This document shows positions 13,832-26,269 of a stretch of DNA of 64,000 nucleotides, in pieces (within the stretch, counting starts at the first letter, position 1; each line of letters opens with the position of its first letter). Under the pieces are notes generated by a model. That model was not told the origin of the DNA, made no database searches, and was given only the letters and a program-made list of their open reading frames with translations. Location of the stretch: assembly GCF_006345805.1 (NCBI RefSeq), contig NC_043002.1, positions 29,326,001-29,390,000 of the forward strand, in the 5' to 3' direction. The translations under genes were made by a program, and so were the position numbers. Source of the DNA: Octopus sinensis. Its lineage: Eukaryota.

Positions 13832-14200
13832 TCCTCTCTTTTGTCTTCTTTTTTCACCTTTCCCCACTTACGCAAACCCTTCACCTTTGCAAAGCACCCT
13901 AACTCTTACCCTTAATTTCTCTCTCTTTTTCTCAGTGTCATTTTACATAAACCTCTCTCACTCTCTTAGTTCTCTCTCTCTCCCCGCTCCCCGGTCAGTT
14001 CTTTCTCTCTCCCGCTCTCCCTCCCTCAGTTCCTACTCTCTCTCCGTCTTTCTCCTTTCTCTCTATCACTCGGTATTCCTCACCTAAATCGCTGCAACCA
14101 TATTATACCAGTCCTTCTCTCTGTCTGCTTTTATACAGATCCCCGCCACTCTCTTTGTTTTTGTTACCTCTTCCCTCACCCTCTCAACTCAGTGTTAGAA
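12040..14200. repeat. Pyrimidine-rich low-complexity block with (CT)n, (TCT)n, (GCC/ACC)n, (ACT)n and (TCTA)n
   Basis: Directly visible. Confidence 0.9.
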
Positions 14201-14361
14201 GGTGGAGGGTTTCAACTCCCCGCTGTTTCATATTGACAGATGACAGATTCCTTGTTAGCTTCGTTGCTGAGAGTGAAAGGTAGTGGCAGAAAGTAAGTGG
14301 TATCAGTGAGAGGAAAGGTCAATTGTTTATTGATATAAGCGGTCAGACCCTTCACCTCATT

Positions 14362-14422
<61 letters not shown>

Positions 14423-14499
14423 TCACACACACACACACACACACACTGTTGTTGAGTACAGTCGTCACCCCTATCATCACGGGAGAAATGGCGGTGGTG

Positions 14500-14775
14500 G
14501 TGTTGTTTCTATTTAGCCCCACGTCAAATGTGATCGATCAGATCCATAAACAAAGACATCCCAGCCATGATCATCCATCAGAATTGTTATCGTTGTATTC
14601 TCCAGTCTCGCCACTCGTTTTTAAAGATATTTAAGTGTAATTTGAGGGAAATTTGGCTGCTATTTCTAGCACCTCAAGCGACAACATATAGGCTTCTGTA
14701 TTGATGCATTTGTTGATGAGTTGCAATCGAGCAGACCTATGATCAAAAGAATTCCAACCATGACCATCCTGCTTT
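14500..14775 (+). mobile_element. Old dispersed repeat of unknown class; related pieces near 9095, 11090, 15380-15550, 25670-25860, 44310 and 53960
   Basis: Recurrent motifs atttgagggaaatttggctgctatttctagc and gcagacctatgatcaaa...ttccaaccatgaccatc. Confidence 0.6.
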
Positions 14776-14879
14776 AACCTTGTCTACTGAGAGCTCAGGC
14801 TCCCATCTTCCGACGTGTTCTTGGCAGAAACATCAAAGCTTTGGAATAAATGTTTTGCGGCAATTGTTCTCTCAATTTA

Positions 14880-15137
14880 TTGGGTTGGTGCATAATTATT
14901 GCGGCTTTTTTTTTTCCTTCAAGAAATTTTATTCAACAAAAGCAATAGCAACATGTAACAAAAACATATATAAATGATTATTCCGGAGAATATTCACCAT
15001 CTACTTCAATTACTGCTTCCCATTTAATTGGCAGTCAGTCAGACCATCATTTAAACATTTTTTAGTTAAATATTGTTATTGTTTTTCTTGAATAACATTT
15101 GTTGAAAAAAAGCCGCAATAATTATGCACCAACCCAA
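14880..15137 (-). mobile_element. Internally deleted mariner element (MITE)
   Basis: Perfect 33-bp TIRs ttgggttggtgcataattattgcggcttttttt, TA TSDs at 14878 and 15138, residual transposase C-terminus LPIKWEAVIEVDGEYSPE*. Confidence 0.92.
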
Positions 15138-16067
15138 TACGTCCTAATTTCAAATATCGCTGAGGCCAATTTTGTCATTCGTCCTTTCGAGGTTGATTGA
15201 ATATAGTATCAGTGATGTACTAGATTCGATGTAATACACTAACATCCTTTTCTCAAAAATTCTGATCAAATGTCTAAATTAGAAAACATAAGGCTGGATG
15301 CAATTTGATCGCGTTCGAGGCTTACACATTCGCTTGAAGATGAAAATGATTGAATCTTTGGAGATATATGTGTTGTAGTTGCCTTTAATACCACTGATTA
15401 TAAACAAAGACATCCCGGCTATCATCATCCATCAAAATTTTATCACTGCATTTTATCCAGCCTGAACACTCTTTTTTAAAAGCATTTGAATGTAATTTGA
15501 GGGAAATTTGGCTGTTATTTCTAGCACGTCGAGCGACCAAGTACAGTCTGTAGTGATGTATCCGTTGTTTAAGGTAAGTAAAGCTCGTTACCACGTACTG
15601 CTGTTCAATTCCTTGGATCTGATTATTGGTGTAGCCTAGCCTATAACATTGACAGGAAAGAAGTGAAACTCGAGAGTAGATGTCAAATTGAGAGAGAGAG
15701 AGAGGGGGAGAGAGAGGGAGAGAGAGAGAGTATCATAGAAATGATACGAGGGGTATGTTGTAGAACAAAAGGCTTTCATCGGAATGAATACAAAAACAAG
15801 AAAACATTGCTGCCTTTGCAGAAAACCAAAAGCAACAGGTGGGATGTTAGCAGAAGAGTTGGTCATCCAGGACTTATCGATGGTGAGTTAATTCTTAGTG
15901 AGAGAATGCGAAAATGATGAATTAAGGAAGAAAAGGGATCAGCTTGCTAAAATTCAGTCAAGTATTTGAAAAGCGTTCAACTAAAGAAGTAGGGATAGGA
16001 AGCCAATGCGAACTTAGTCGAACAGCACGCTTTCACCCACGTTTGAATACGAAAGTGATTATGTGAG

Positions 16068-16790
16068 TACAGTTCTATATTTAAGAGATGAGGAATTATG
16101 TACATTATTTACATTCGACGGATATTTATCCTCATCTTATTTGTTGTTAACACAACGTTTCAGCTGATATACCCTCTTGGGGAAATTTAGAATGTATTCC
16201 TAACTTAATTTTCGATATTATTATTATTATTATTATTATTAAGGTCACTACTTAATAGAACTCGGAATCTTGGGGGTTAGTAGCCCGCGCTCTTAACCAC
16301 TACGCCATATGCCCGTTGGCAATTATGGAGTGAATTTTAGGGCTTATAAATCTAATATTTTTCTATCCTTCCTTGATACCGGTTCCCATATGCTGCTCAT
16401 ATCTGCACTCGGTCTGTTTAGGAGGTTGTTGTGTCCTAGCATATGTGCTGCTTTTATTTCTTTTTTTTTTTTTAGTTTTCGTATTTTCCAGTGGTGTTCT
16501 CTGCCTATTATTTTAACTTCATCCCACAAAGGGAAGTGGTCTCGATTTTTCCATACGTGATCAGCTATGCCCGATTATCAATATCTCCTCGTGTCACAGC
16601 TTTGCGATGTTCGTCTACCCTTATTTTGAAGGGATGGCATGTTTCGCCTTTGTATAACCTAACACAGTTGCATGGGATGGAGTACATGGAATCATTGGTC
16701 ATATTCTCTTCTATTGTTGGTTTAACTCGAAGGAGATATTTGCGAAGTGTTGTATAACTCTTGAATACTATCCTGATATCATATGGGCCA
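16068..16790 (-). mobile_element. Penelope-like retroelement 3' fragment: GIY-YIG endonuclease remnant plus terminal region
   Basis: Minus translation MYSIPCNCVRLYKGETCHPFKIRVDEH, frameshift, GIADHVW...WDEVKII...LLNR. Confidence 0.85.
16241..16314 (-). pseudogene. tRNA-like segment inside the Penelope fragment
   Basis: GGGCATA-TGGCGTAGTGG (A box), D and anticodon arms, decayed B box GAGTTCTATT; 3' acceptor strand missing. Confidence 0.65.
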
Positions 16791-17119
16791 ACTGATGTCC
16801 GAAACGTCGGGAAAAAGAATCTCTTGCAGTGTTCATTCCAGTTTCTTACGTTCTGAGTTCAAAACTTACCAAGATCAACTTCTATTTTCCTTCCCACGGA
16901 ATTGACAAAATAAAGAACCAGTCAAATACTGAAGATAGTATAATTTTCTCACCCCCTCTCACCTCAAAATTCCGACATTGCACTCAGAAGCAAATATTAG
17001 TACTGAATTTTAAATAATAATTAATTTTTTCTAGGTCAACCTTTGATGCTGTAGATAGGGTCGGTCGATTGTCTTATCGATGACAGCTATTGAGTCTCAA
17101 CAATAACAATTGAAAATCA

Positions 17120-17500
17120 ACTTGAAAAACGCCGCCGCCGTGGTGATCTCATTCTTGCCCACAACATCATAAGCGGAAAGTGTAACCTCTCGAAAGAGCT
17201 GTTCTTCACTCCTGCTCCAGAGCGTCGGCTGCGGGGTCATTCCGAAAAGCTCTACCTGCGACGATTTCATCTCAATCGAAGGAGAGGAGCTTTCTCCGTC
17301 CGGGTTGCGGATCCGTGGAACAAGCTGCCAGACAAGATGGTGAAGATGCCGACGACCGCTTTGTTCAAAGCCTCCCTGGACCTCAAGTGGCCTGAACTCT
17401 TTACATGAACACACCCTGTACTTAACTCCATGTCCCCCTACATGGCCTTGCTATTTGCTTTTGAGCCAAATTAACTAACTAACTAATTAACTAACTAACA
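17120..17500 (+). mobile_element. CR1-clade LINE 3' end with (AACT)n tail
   Basis: RRLRGHSEKL...RRGAFSVRVADPWNKLP...FKASLD, typical CR1 ORF2 C-terminus. Confidence 0.85.
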
Positions 17501-18329
17501 TGTCAGTCGATTATCTTGCTGATGACGGCTAACGAGCCAGAAATTTGTGCCCGCTTATCTCCAGACAGAAAACTTTTCCTTTTTCTTAATAACGTGTTAA
17601 CTTTAGAGAATCCTTCAGTCGTGAAATTATCTCCCTTTCTCATGTAGAGCTGATGTTAATTGCTATTTGGAAATTATGATACATCTTCCAGAGCCGGAGA
17701 TAATTTTAATAAATCAAGCGTTTATGTTCTATGCTATTTGATATACTTGTATTTGTCTATGGTATAATAAATATAATCACTTTATAAAATATTATTCATC
17801 AAATACTGAATAAGAGTAAACTATATAAATAAATTATATCGAAAAGAAACAAAAAACAAAAAAAGAAGAAAACAATCCAAATTTTCAAGAGAGCATTACT
17901 CAGTTTTAGTATGTTATGATTTAGCATTTATCCGTTAGGAAACTCCATTCCCGGAAAAAAGATCTTTGTGGCTCACATCGACTTCTGTCGCTATTCAAAA
18001 ATACTAGTATATCTTATCTATGGCTAACCTCACTTTTGGAAACACGCATTAGTTACTTTGTTAAGGCTAAGATACAAGAGGTTGAGACTAGGAGAGTGAA
18101 ACTAAACACTGTAAGCTCTCAACGTGAGCTGAAAAATAGGGGCACGCCGTATCCCTGCGTACACAACTCCCTCCACCATATTTCCATTACTAGTTCATCT
18201 GTACCTCGTCGAAACGCCGACGTTGATAGGTCTGGTTGATCAAGATTGAATTGGAGTTCGAAAATAGCAACAAAATCAACGACGTACATAACGGTGACCG
18301 CAATTAAAACAATACGAGTCCATGATTTT

Positions 18330-19149
18330 CACACCAACATTACAACAACTACCAATACCACCAGTACCATCACCGCCATCGTCGCCGCCGCCGGCCGCAA
18401 CCGCAGCTGCAACCACCGCCGCCATCGCTGCAACCGCCGCCGTCGCCACCGTCTCTGCCGCTGTAACCGCCGTTGCAATCGCCACCACCGGAACCCCACG
18501 CCGCAACTGTCACCATCTCAACGCCACCGCCGCAATTGCCACCGCTGCCGCTGGAAAAACCGCCGCAACCGCCGCTGCCGCCGTGACCGCCACCACCATG
18601 ACCGCCGTCGCCGCCGTGACCGCCACCACCATGACCGCCGTCGCCATGACCACCGCCGTCGTGACCGTCGCCGCCGTGACTGCCGCTACCGCCGTGACTA
18701 CTGCCGCCGGCAAAACCGCCGCCGCCACAATTATCGTCGCTGGCACAGCCCCTGCTTAAACCGCCGCAACTGTCGCCTCAAAGGCCGCAGCCTCCACCGC
18801 TAACGTCGCTACCACCACGCCTACTACCACCCTCACCGCCACTAGCATCACCGTGGGAACTTCTTGGTTGCATAATATTTTTAGAAACAGCAGTCAAATT
18901 TCCCTCAGATCACATTGTCATCGTAGTAAATATAAAACTACACTTTCTATGATGCAGTGTGGGCGGCACAACAAAATCAACAATGCCATGACCACCACGG
19001 TCACCATTCGTACTACCCGATAACATCACTTATCACCCACCACCACCACCACCACCACCACGACTGCTCCTCATCGAATCTGTCGTCCCGTTACCAACAC
19101 TTATCAAGTATAGTTCACATTACCAATAACATCACAACACCCCCAATAG

Positions 19150-19196
<47 letters not shown>

Positions 19197-19200
19197 ACAT
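18330..19200. repeat. GC-rich (GCC/ACC)n low-complexity tract with (CAC)n and (TAC)n
   Basis: Directly visible. Confidence 0.9.
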
Positions 19201-19403
19201 CTTAGTTACCTCCCCTTTACCACGTCTATAATGACATTGTTCTCCCACCCACAATCCACTCCATCCCCGTACCATGTCAGTTGTACTCGCTGCACAGCGT
19301 TACATACACCCCCCAATCGCGCACACACACATACGCATGCTATACATGTACACAGATCTGTTCACCCACCGCCGCAATACAAACATGAACGCGTTCACAC
19401 ATC

Positions 19404-19432
19404 TGACCTCTTGACCTCAATTGACCTGACCT
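19404..19432. promoter_or_regulatory. Cluster of four TGACCT nuclear-receptor half-sites (DR2, DR4, overlapping pair)
   Basis: tgacct-ct-tgacct-caat-tgacctgacct; motif only, function untested. Confidence 0.35.
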
Positions 19433-20108
19433 TGATGGCCTCTTAACTGCCCTGCTCTGTTTCTCTTCCCCCTCCCACTCCGTAATCGCCTCCTCTCACT
19501 ACTACTCAATGACTATGTCATGGATACAGCTGCTTCTGATGGTGTTGTACATGAGTGATAGTAAGGGTGATGCTAAGGGTGATGGTTGTTGTGAGGGTAG
19601 CAGTGGTCGTATAACTTGGGGTAGTAGTAGTAGTAGTAGTAGTATATGTGGTTGTATTGGTGCAAGTATTAATTAGCATTGGTGATGGAGATAGTAGTTG
19701 TTAGTTCGTCCCTGATCTAGTAGATATATGATCAAAGGCGTTCTAACCGTGACCATCTCTCTGTGAGAAACAATTTTCCAACATGTCTCTTGTTGTTGTG
19801 ATAGGTTGTGACTGTCATGATGGTGGCTGAGGTGATGGCGATTGTTGTGATGATGATTATTGTGATAGTGTTTATTGTGATGGAGGTAGTGGTGATGGTG
19901 GAACTGTCTTTTTTGTGGTAGTATTGGAAGAAGTAGTTGGTTGTTCAGTCATTGCTTTTGTTGAATGTTATTTGTTGTTTGTATTGCTGACGGTAGTTAT
20001 GTTGATGGTGGTGGTGGTGGTGTTGACGGTGACATTTTTGCTGATGGTGGTGGCGGCCTTCAAGTTGTTCTTGGTGAAGCTGCTTGATATCGTTGTTGTT
20101 GGTAACAT

Positions 20109-20307
20109 GGCGAGATGGCAGAATTGTTAGCACGCCAGGTAATATTCTTAGTAGCTTTCGGTCCATTCTTAATTCAAATTCCGCCGAGATCAACTTTATA
20201 TTTCATCCTTCAAGATCGATAAAATAAGGACCGGTGGAGCACTGGGGTGGATGTAATTGACTTGCCCTCACCCTGAATTTACTGGCCTTGTGCCAAAATT
20301 TGAAACC
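20109..20307 (+). mobile_element. tRNA-derived SINE, family A, diverged
   Basis: Head ggcgagatggcagaattgttagcacgcc, B box ttcaaattcc, tail ggccttgtgccaaaatttgaaacc. Confidence 0.8.
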
Positions 20308-21549
20308 GATATTGTTATTGTTGGTGATGATCGTTTTGGTTGCGTTGCCCTTGTTGGTGATGAAAGTGTTTGCGATGGTGTTGCTGGTGTTGGAGGCAGC
20401 GTTGATGATGGTACTGTTGGTGGTGCTTGCTATATTATTGTTGATTTTTGTGGTGTTAGTGGTGTTGTTTGTATTGGTTTCAGTGGTGGTGCTTTCTATG
20501 GAGGTAGTGGTTAACTTAAAATCGCTCTTATTCCAGAACAATCATGCAAGTCGTTGCAAACAGTTTTATTCAGTCCCAATATATCTAAAGCCCATATCAT
20601 TTAATGAATTCTTCATTGTTTTTAAGACTTCAAATGAGGATATAAGGAAAATTTAGCAGATCAATTCAAATTCCAAATCACGTCAGCGTTTCGGCGTGAT
20701 TTTGCCTCCTCGGTGGAAGTAGCCACCTAATTCTTTTGAATTATTGTGTTTTTGATATATAGGACACAGTGGACAAATGACAGCACCCGTACACGTTTGC
20801 TAAGAGACCAAGCAAGCGTGTACAGGTACTCACATTTGTTTCCCCGTTTGTTAGTTGTAATGGCAGTGAGGAGCATTTAGTGGGAGTATAATTAGTGCCA
20901 GCAGTACTTGAGAGGTACACTCGTTGTTTAACTCCAAGTCAGTCTTTCCGGCTGTCTCCACCCCACTATTTTAAGACAGTTAATTAGAAGAAGAGTTATA
21001 ACCTCATTTAGACTATTTCATCTTGTCGCGGTATTTCGTCTGATATTCGGAACTCTGAGGTCAAAACACTTTGAGATCAATTTTGCTATTCACTAATTCT
21101 TAGTCTGTATAAATAAGAACCAAAATTAGACTGGCCGAACTCTAAGAGCGTTGGTTTGGATATCTTGCAGTATTTTCCAGCCTTTTGTATTCTAATTTCA
21201 AATGCCACATATAGCTTACCAAGGAGACAATACGATCATCTTAATCTGCGGTGGGGTTTAAAAATTCTACGTGGATCCTTGGTGAACTTGGCGGTGTTCA
21301 CTCTGTTTAATCGTTCGAGCGAGGTCTCTGGCTTGAGGATACTTCCTCTCACTCTTTCTCATCTCGGAGGACAAGTGAAATTTCATGGGCATTGCCTTCT
21401 CTTCTAACTACTCTATCTCTCTCTCCTCTCTCCCACTCTGTCTGTCTGACTGTCTACCTCTGGCTCTGTCTGTCTGGCTCTCTTTCTCTGTTTGTCTGTC
21501 TATCTGTCTCTCTATACATATATATATGTATGTGTGTATGTGTGTGTGT

Positions 21550-21586
<37 letters not shown>

Positions 21587-21589
21587 ACA

Positions 21590-21740
21590 CTGTGTTATAA
21601 GAAGCTTGCTTCTCAGTCACATGGTCCTGAAACAGTTCCACTGCGTAGCACCTTAAGCAAGTGACTTCTACTATAGCCTCGGGCTGTCCAAATCCTCGTC
21701 ACTGGATTTGGTAGACGGAAACTGAAAGAAGTCCGTCGTA
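21590..21740 (+). mobile_element. SINE family B, 5' module
   Basis: aagcttgcttc...ccttaagcaagtgacttctactatagcctcggg...gtagacggaaactgaaagaag. Confidence 0.8.
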
Positions 21741-22356
21741 TATATAATAGTAATATTAGTAATCACAATATATATATAATTATATAATATATTATAATAT
21801 ATATATATATGCATATATGCGTACAAGACGTAACCAAAACTGTGCAAACAACATAAAATACGTAAACAACGAGAGAAAAAAATGGAAAACAGGATAAGTA
21901 AACACAGAGAACGATCCTTTATCAGTTGTCGGCTGTCTGTCTAATCCTCATTTCGAGCATTCAATGACAATATCAGTTGCTCCTATAAATTATAAAATAA
22001 AATTTCGAATTTATGGAGGGTCAAAGTTGGAAACAAAAACAGGAGAGTGGAAACCTACAAGAAAACAGAACGAAAACAAATCTGGAGGGTCGTTAGACAA
22101 GAAGGAAAGGAAAACAATGAACGCTGAGAGAATATTTTCTTTGAAAAGAGAAAAGATAGAAGGAAGAGGAAAAAAAAAACATCCAGACTTTTGAACATCC
22201 GTTCAGGAAAAGAAAGATAGAAGATGGTTACGTGTGAGCAACGAAAGAGAGAGAAAAAGAGAAAGAGGGGCGGGAGAGATAGAAAATGGTGAAATAGAGA
22301 GGAGAGAAAAAAGGGAACAAGTGAAGGATGGAGGAAAGAAACAGTGTAGAGTCCCA

Positions 22357-22447
<91 letters not shown>

Positions 22448-22463
22448 CTATCTATCTTATATA

Positions 22464-22521
<58 letters not shown>

Positions 22522-22777
22522 TATATATATATATATATACACATGTCTGTGTGTGTGTCTTTGTGTCAGTAATGCACTGATACCTGGATATTTTTGTTAG
22601 TTATTTGCTTTATTCATCTAACTTCGAGTTGCGCGGACTATACCGAACTGGTTTGGTGCCTTAATTTAAGATTCAACTGAATCTTATTAATTTTTTATAC
22701 ATATGTATATATATATATATACATATATACACATATATGTATACACACACACACACACGTATACACAAACACATACA

Positions 22778-22812
<35 letters not shown>

Positions 22813-23150
22813 TACACAGACGTATCCATATCCCTATATATGATGTCCAGTTGAATATTTTCGAAATTATATACTACTTTCAAGTATCATGAAAATAGAT
22901 TTCTATGGTAATAAAAATTTATTTGTTCAATACGAAGAAAACCCCTCAGTAACTATGACACTACTTGATATATAGAAAATTTCTGCTTAAACTATTGAGA
23001 GAGATGAAGAAAAATATCAGAGCCAGTATAATTATCGGATTTTCAATAACTTCTTCACGCATGCATAGTAAAATTAAAGAAATAATGCAGAAAGTGAGAA
23101 AACTCAATTATTTCAGATAGAAAATAAAACTCAATATTACGATCAAAGCA

Positions 23151-23945
23151 AGGCGGCGAGCTGGCAGAATCGTTAGCACGCCGGGCAAAATTCTCAGCAG
23201 TAATTCGTCTGTCGCTACGTTCTGAGTTCAAATTCCGCCGAGCTCGACTTTGCCTTTCATCCTTTCGGGGTCGATAAATTAAGTACCAGTTACGCACTGC
23301 GGTCGATGTAATCGGTTTAATCCGTTTGTCTGTCCTTGTTTGTTCTCTCTGTGTTTAACCCCTTGTGGGTAGTAAAGAAATAGGTATTTCAGCTGCCGCT
23401 ACGTTCTAAGTTCAAATTCCGCCGAGGTCGACTTTGCCTTTCATCCTTTCGGGGTCGATTAAATAAGTATTAGTTACGCATTGGGGTCCATGTAATCGGC
23501 TTAATCCGTTTGTCCTTGTTTTTCCCCTCTGTGTTTAGCACCTTGTGGGTAGTAAAGAAATAGGTATTTCGCCTGTCTTTACGTTCTGAGTGTAGATTTC
23601 GCCCACGTCGACTTTGCCTTTCATCCTTTCGAGGTCGATAAATTAAGTACCAGTTATGCACTGGAGTCGATGTAATCGACTTAATCCCTTAGTCTGTCCT
23701 TGTTTTTCCCCACTACCTTTAGCCCCTTGTGGGCAATAAAGAAATAAGAAACGTTAGCAAGCGAGCAAAATGCTTAGCGGTAGTTCGTTTGTCTTTACGT
23801 TCTGAGTTCAGCTGACGCCGATGTCGACTTTGTCGTTCATCCTATCAGGGTCGATATATTAAGTACCAGTTGCGTACTGGAGCCGATCAAACCGACTTCC
23901 CTCTTCCCCAAAATTTCGGGTCTTGTGCCTAGAGTAGAAAAGAAT
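23151..23945 (+). mobile_element. SINE family A tandem array (four units)
   Basis: A box TGGCAGAATCG, B box GAGTTCAAATTCC; central gtcgactttgcctttcatcctttcggggtcgat block present four times. Confidence 0.92.
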
Positions 23946-24464
23946 ACTACGATCGAAACTGTAAATACACACACATACATCACTAAGTCACTGATCGACC
24001 GGACTATAGGATTGTGATACACTGATAAATACTTGGTTTGATATTGCCAAATAAAATAATTCACAGCGGCGCCCCAGCACCACCGGATTTCACTGACTGA
24101 AACGAGTAAATGAATAAAAGAAAGAAGGGTTCAATGAAATGGGTTAACAGTTTCTTCAATGTTTCACCAAAACTATAAGTGCGCAATTGTAGTGGTGGAT
24201 GGTGTATAAGTTTATTTCATGATAAATGTCTTAAACATGACTAGTACAGTTATATTATATTATTGGCAAGAGCTCTCTCTGATCCCTTATCCAGGATCCC
24301 TTATCTTCTATTATAATAATGCTCTTGTATTTTTCTCCGTCAAAAGGAAGGCGTGACAGATGAACAAGGAAGGAAGGGGTGATGGGAAACTGACAGTGGG
24401 AGCGTTTCAAATCTCTGTGAGTATATATGTGTGTATGATAAAAGGAGGTTATGTGAATGTTTGT

Positions 24465-24498
<34 letters not shown>

Positions 24499-24880
24499 TG
24501 TGTGTGTGTGCAATAGAAGTGGAATGGTGAAAATTTCAACGTTGAAAAGGAAAATCAAACAGCGTTTCAACTCTGTGCGAGTATGTGGTTTGTAAAAATG
24601 TATACGGTAACGTGCTTTATTATTATTGTATATATAACATAGTACAAACGTGTAGCATTTTTGTGCATTTTGTTTGCAGTAAAATAAAGTAATAACAGTA
24701 ATAACGTTTAATAAATGTTGGTTACTGCAAGTTATGGACGATTCTTTTATGACTTCATTGCTTTGAAGCTTAGCTTAATGTATTTTCGCGCCCGGCATCA
24801 CAAAATGCATCTGAATAAACATTGCCGGACAGCAGATAGCGACTTGAACATTGCTTAGAAATTAATTTTCATTTTTAACC

Positions 24881-24960
24881 TCGTGTATAATACGCACTAG
24901 GGATTTTGACCTTTAAAATTTTTGTGAAAAAAAGCGGATTATACTCGAGGATTTACGGTA
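24881..24960. mobile_element. Tc1/mariner (Tc2/pogo-like) terminal fragment
   Basis: Ends ...ttatactcgaggatttacgg-TA with subterminal inverted motif cgtgtataatacgc/gcggattatactcg. Confidence 0.5.
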
Positions 24961-24997
24961 CATACATACATACATACATACATACATAGAAACATAT

Positions 24998-25065
<68 letters not shown>

Positions 25066-25246
25066 GTATATATATATAAACAATTTGTCTCTATTTTTTA
25101 AAATTTAGCTCTCTATCTCTCTATATTTCTGTCTATCTATCTATATATCTAGCTGCCTATCTATGTTTACAGCTATAATGCTGCTTGCCCCATATGTTTC
25201 TGCATGTTTTGCTTGCTGTGTGTGCACTGTTTGCATGTTGTATGTA

Positions 25247-25302
<56 letters not shown>

Positions 25303-25431
25303 ACACATACATGTATATATATATGTATGTATATGTGGGTGCCTCTATAAGTTTATTTTCACATGTGCATGCGAGTGTGTGTGTGTGTGTGTGTGTGGTT
25401 ATTGTTGTTGGTGGTGCTTTTCTGAATTGTT

Positions 25432-25656
25432 GAGCTGGCAGAAACGTTAGCACGCTGGGCGAAATGCGTAGCCGTATTTCGTCTGCCGTTATGTTCTGAG
25501 TTCAAATTCCGCCGAGGCTGACTTTGCCTTTCATCCTTTCGGGGTCGATAAATTAAGTACCAGTTACACACTGGGGTCGATGTAATCGACTAAATCCCGT
25601 TGTCTGTCCTTGTTTGTCCCCTCTATGTTTAGCCCCTTGTGGGCAATAAAGAAATA
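25432..25656 (+). mobile_element. SINE family A monomer
   Basis: High similarity to 23155-23380. Confidence 0.92.
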
Positions 25657-26269
25657 TATTTTTGTTTAACCATATTTTAACCCTGACGGAACTGAGCTAA
25701 AATAAGAGGTATTCCATCCGTGATTATCACGTCTAATCTTACATCTCGGACTATGTTATCCATTCAGCACTGACCAGTTGTTACGAGAGTAAGCTGTAAC
25801 TCGGCGATGACACGGCTGCTGTTTCTAGCAGGATGAGTGACCAATTAGAGACTCATTGATCGATTCTTGTAATGTAGCTATGTTGTGCATATATGTGCGT
25901 AGGGATTTGTTAGTTTGTAGAGTTTGTTTGAAAAGGGAGAAAGGGGCGGGATGAGGGGAATAGAGTATGGGAGGGAGGAGGAAAGATAGTTAGGATGTGT
26001 GTACGTGTGTGTGTGTGTGTGTGTGTGTTTATGTTTGCGTAAATGTGTAGCTGTTAGTATGTTTCATGTCTTCGTGTGCACACAAAAAATGTTTAAACTT
26101 TAAGTTTAAACAAATAATGCTTTGTGTGCATAGAGCTTTTATTGTTGTTATTGTTCTTGCTGTTGTCGCTGAGCCCTAGGTTGCCTCGCCGGAGCTAAAC
26201 TACCAGCTATCTTCCATCTGACCATTTTTTTCTTAATTTGAAACGTAATATCGAAGGATGTCCCATAAA

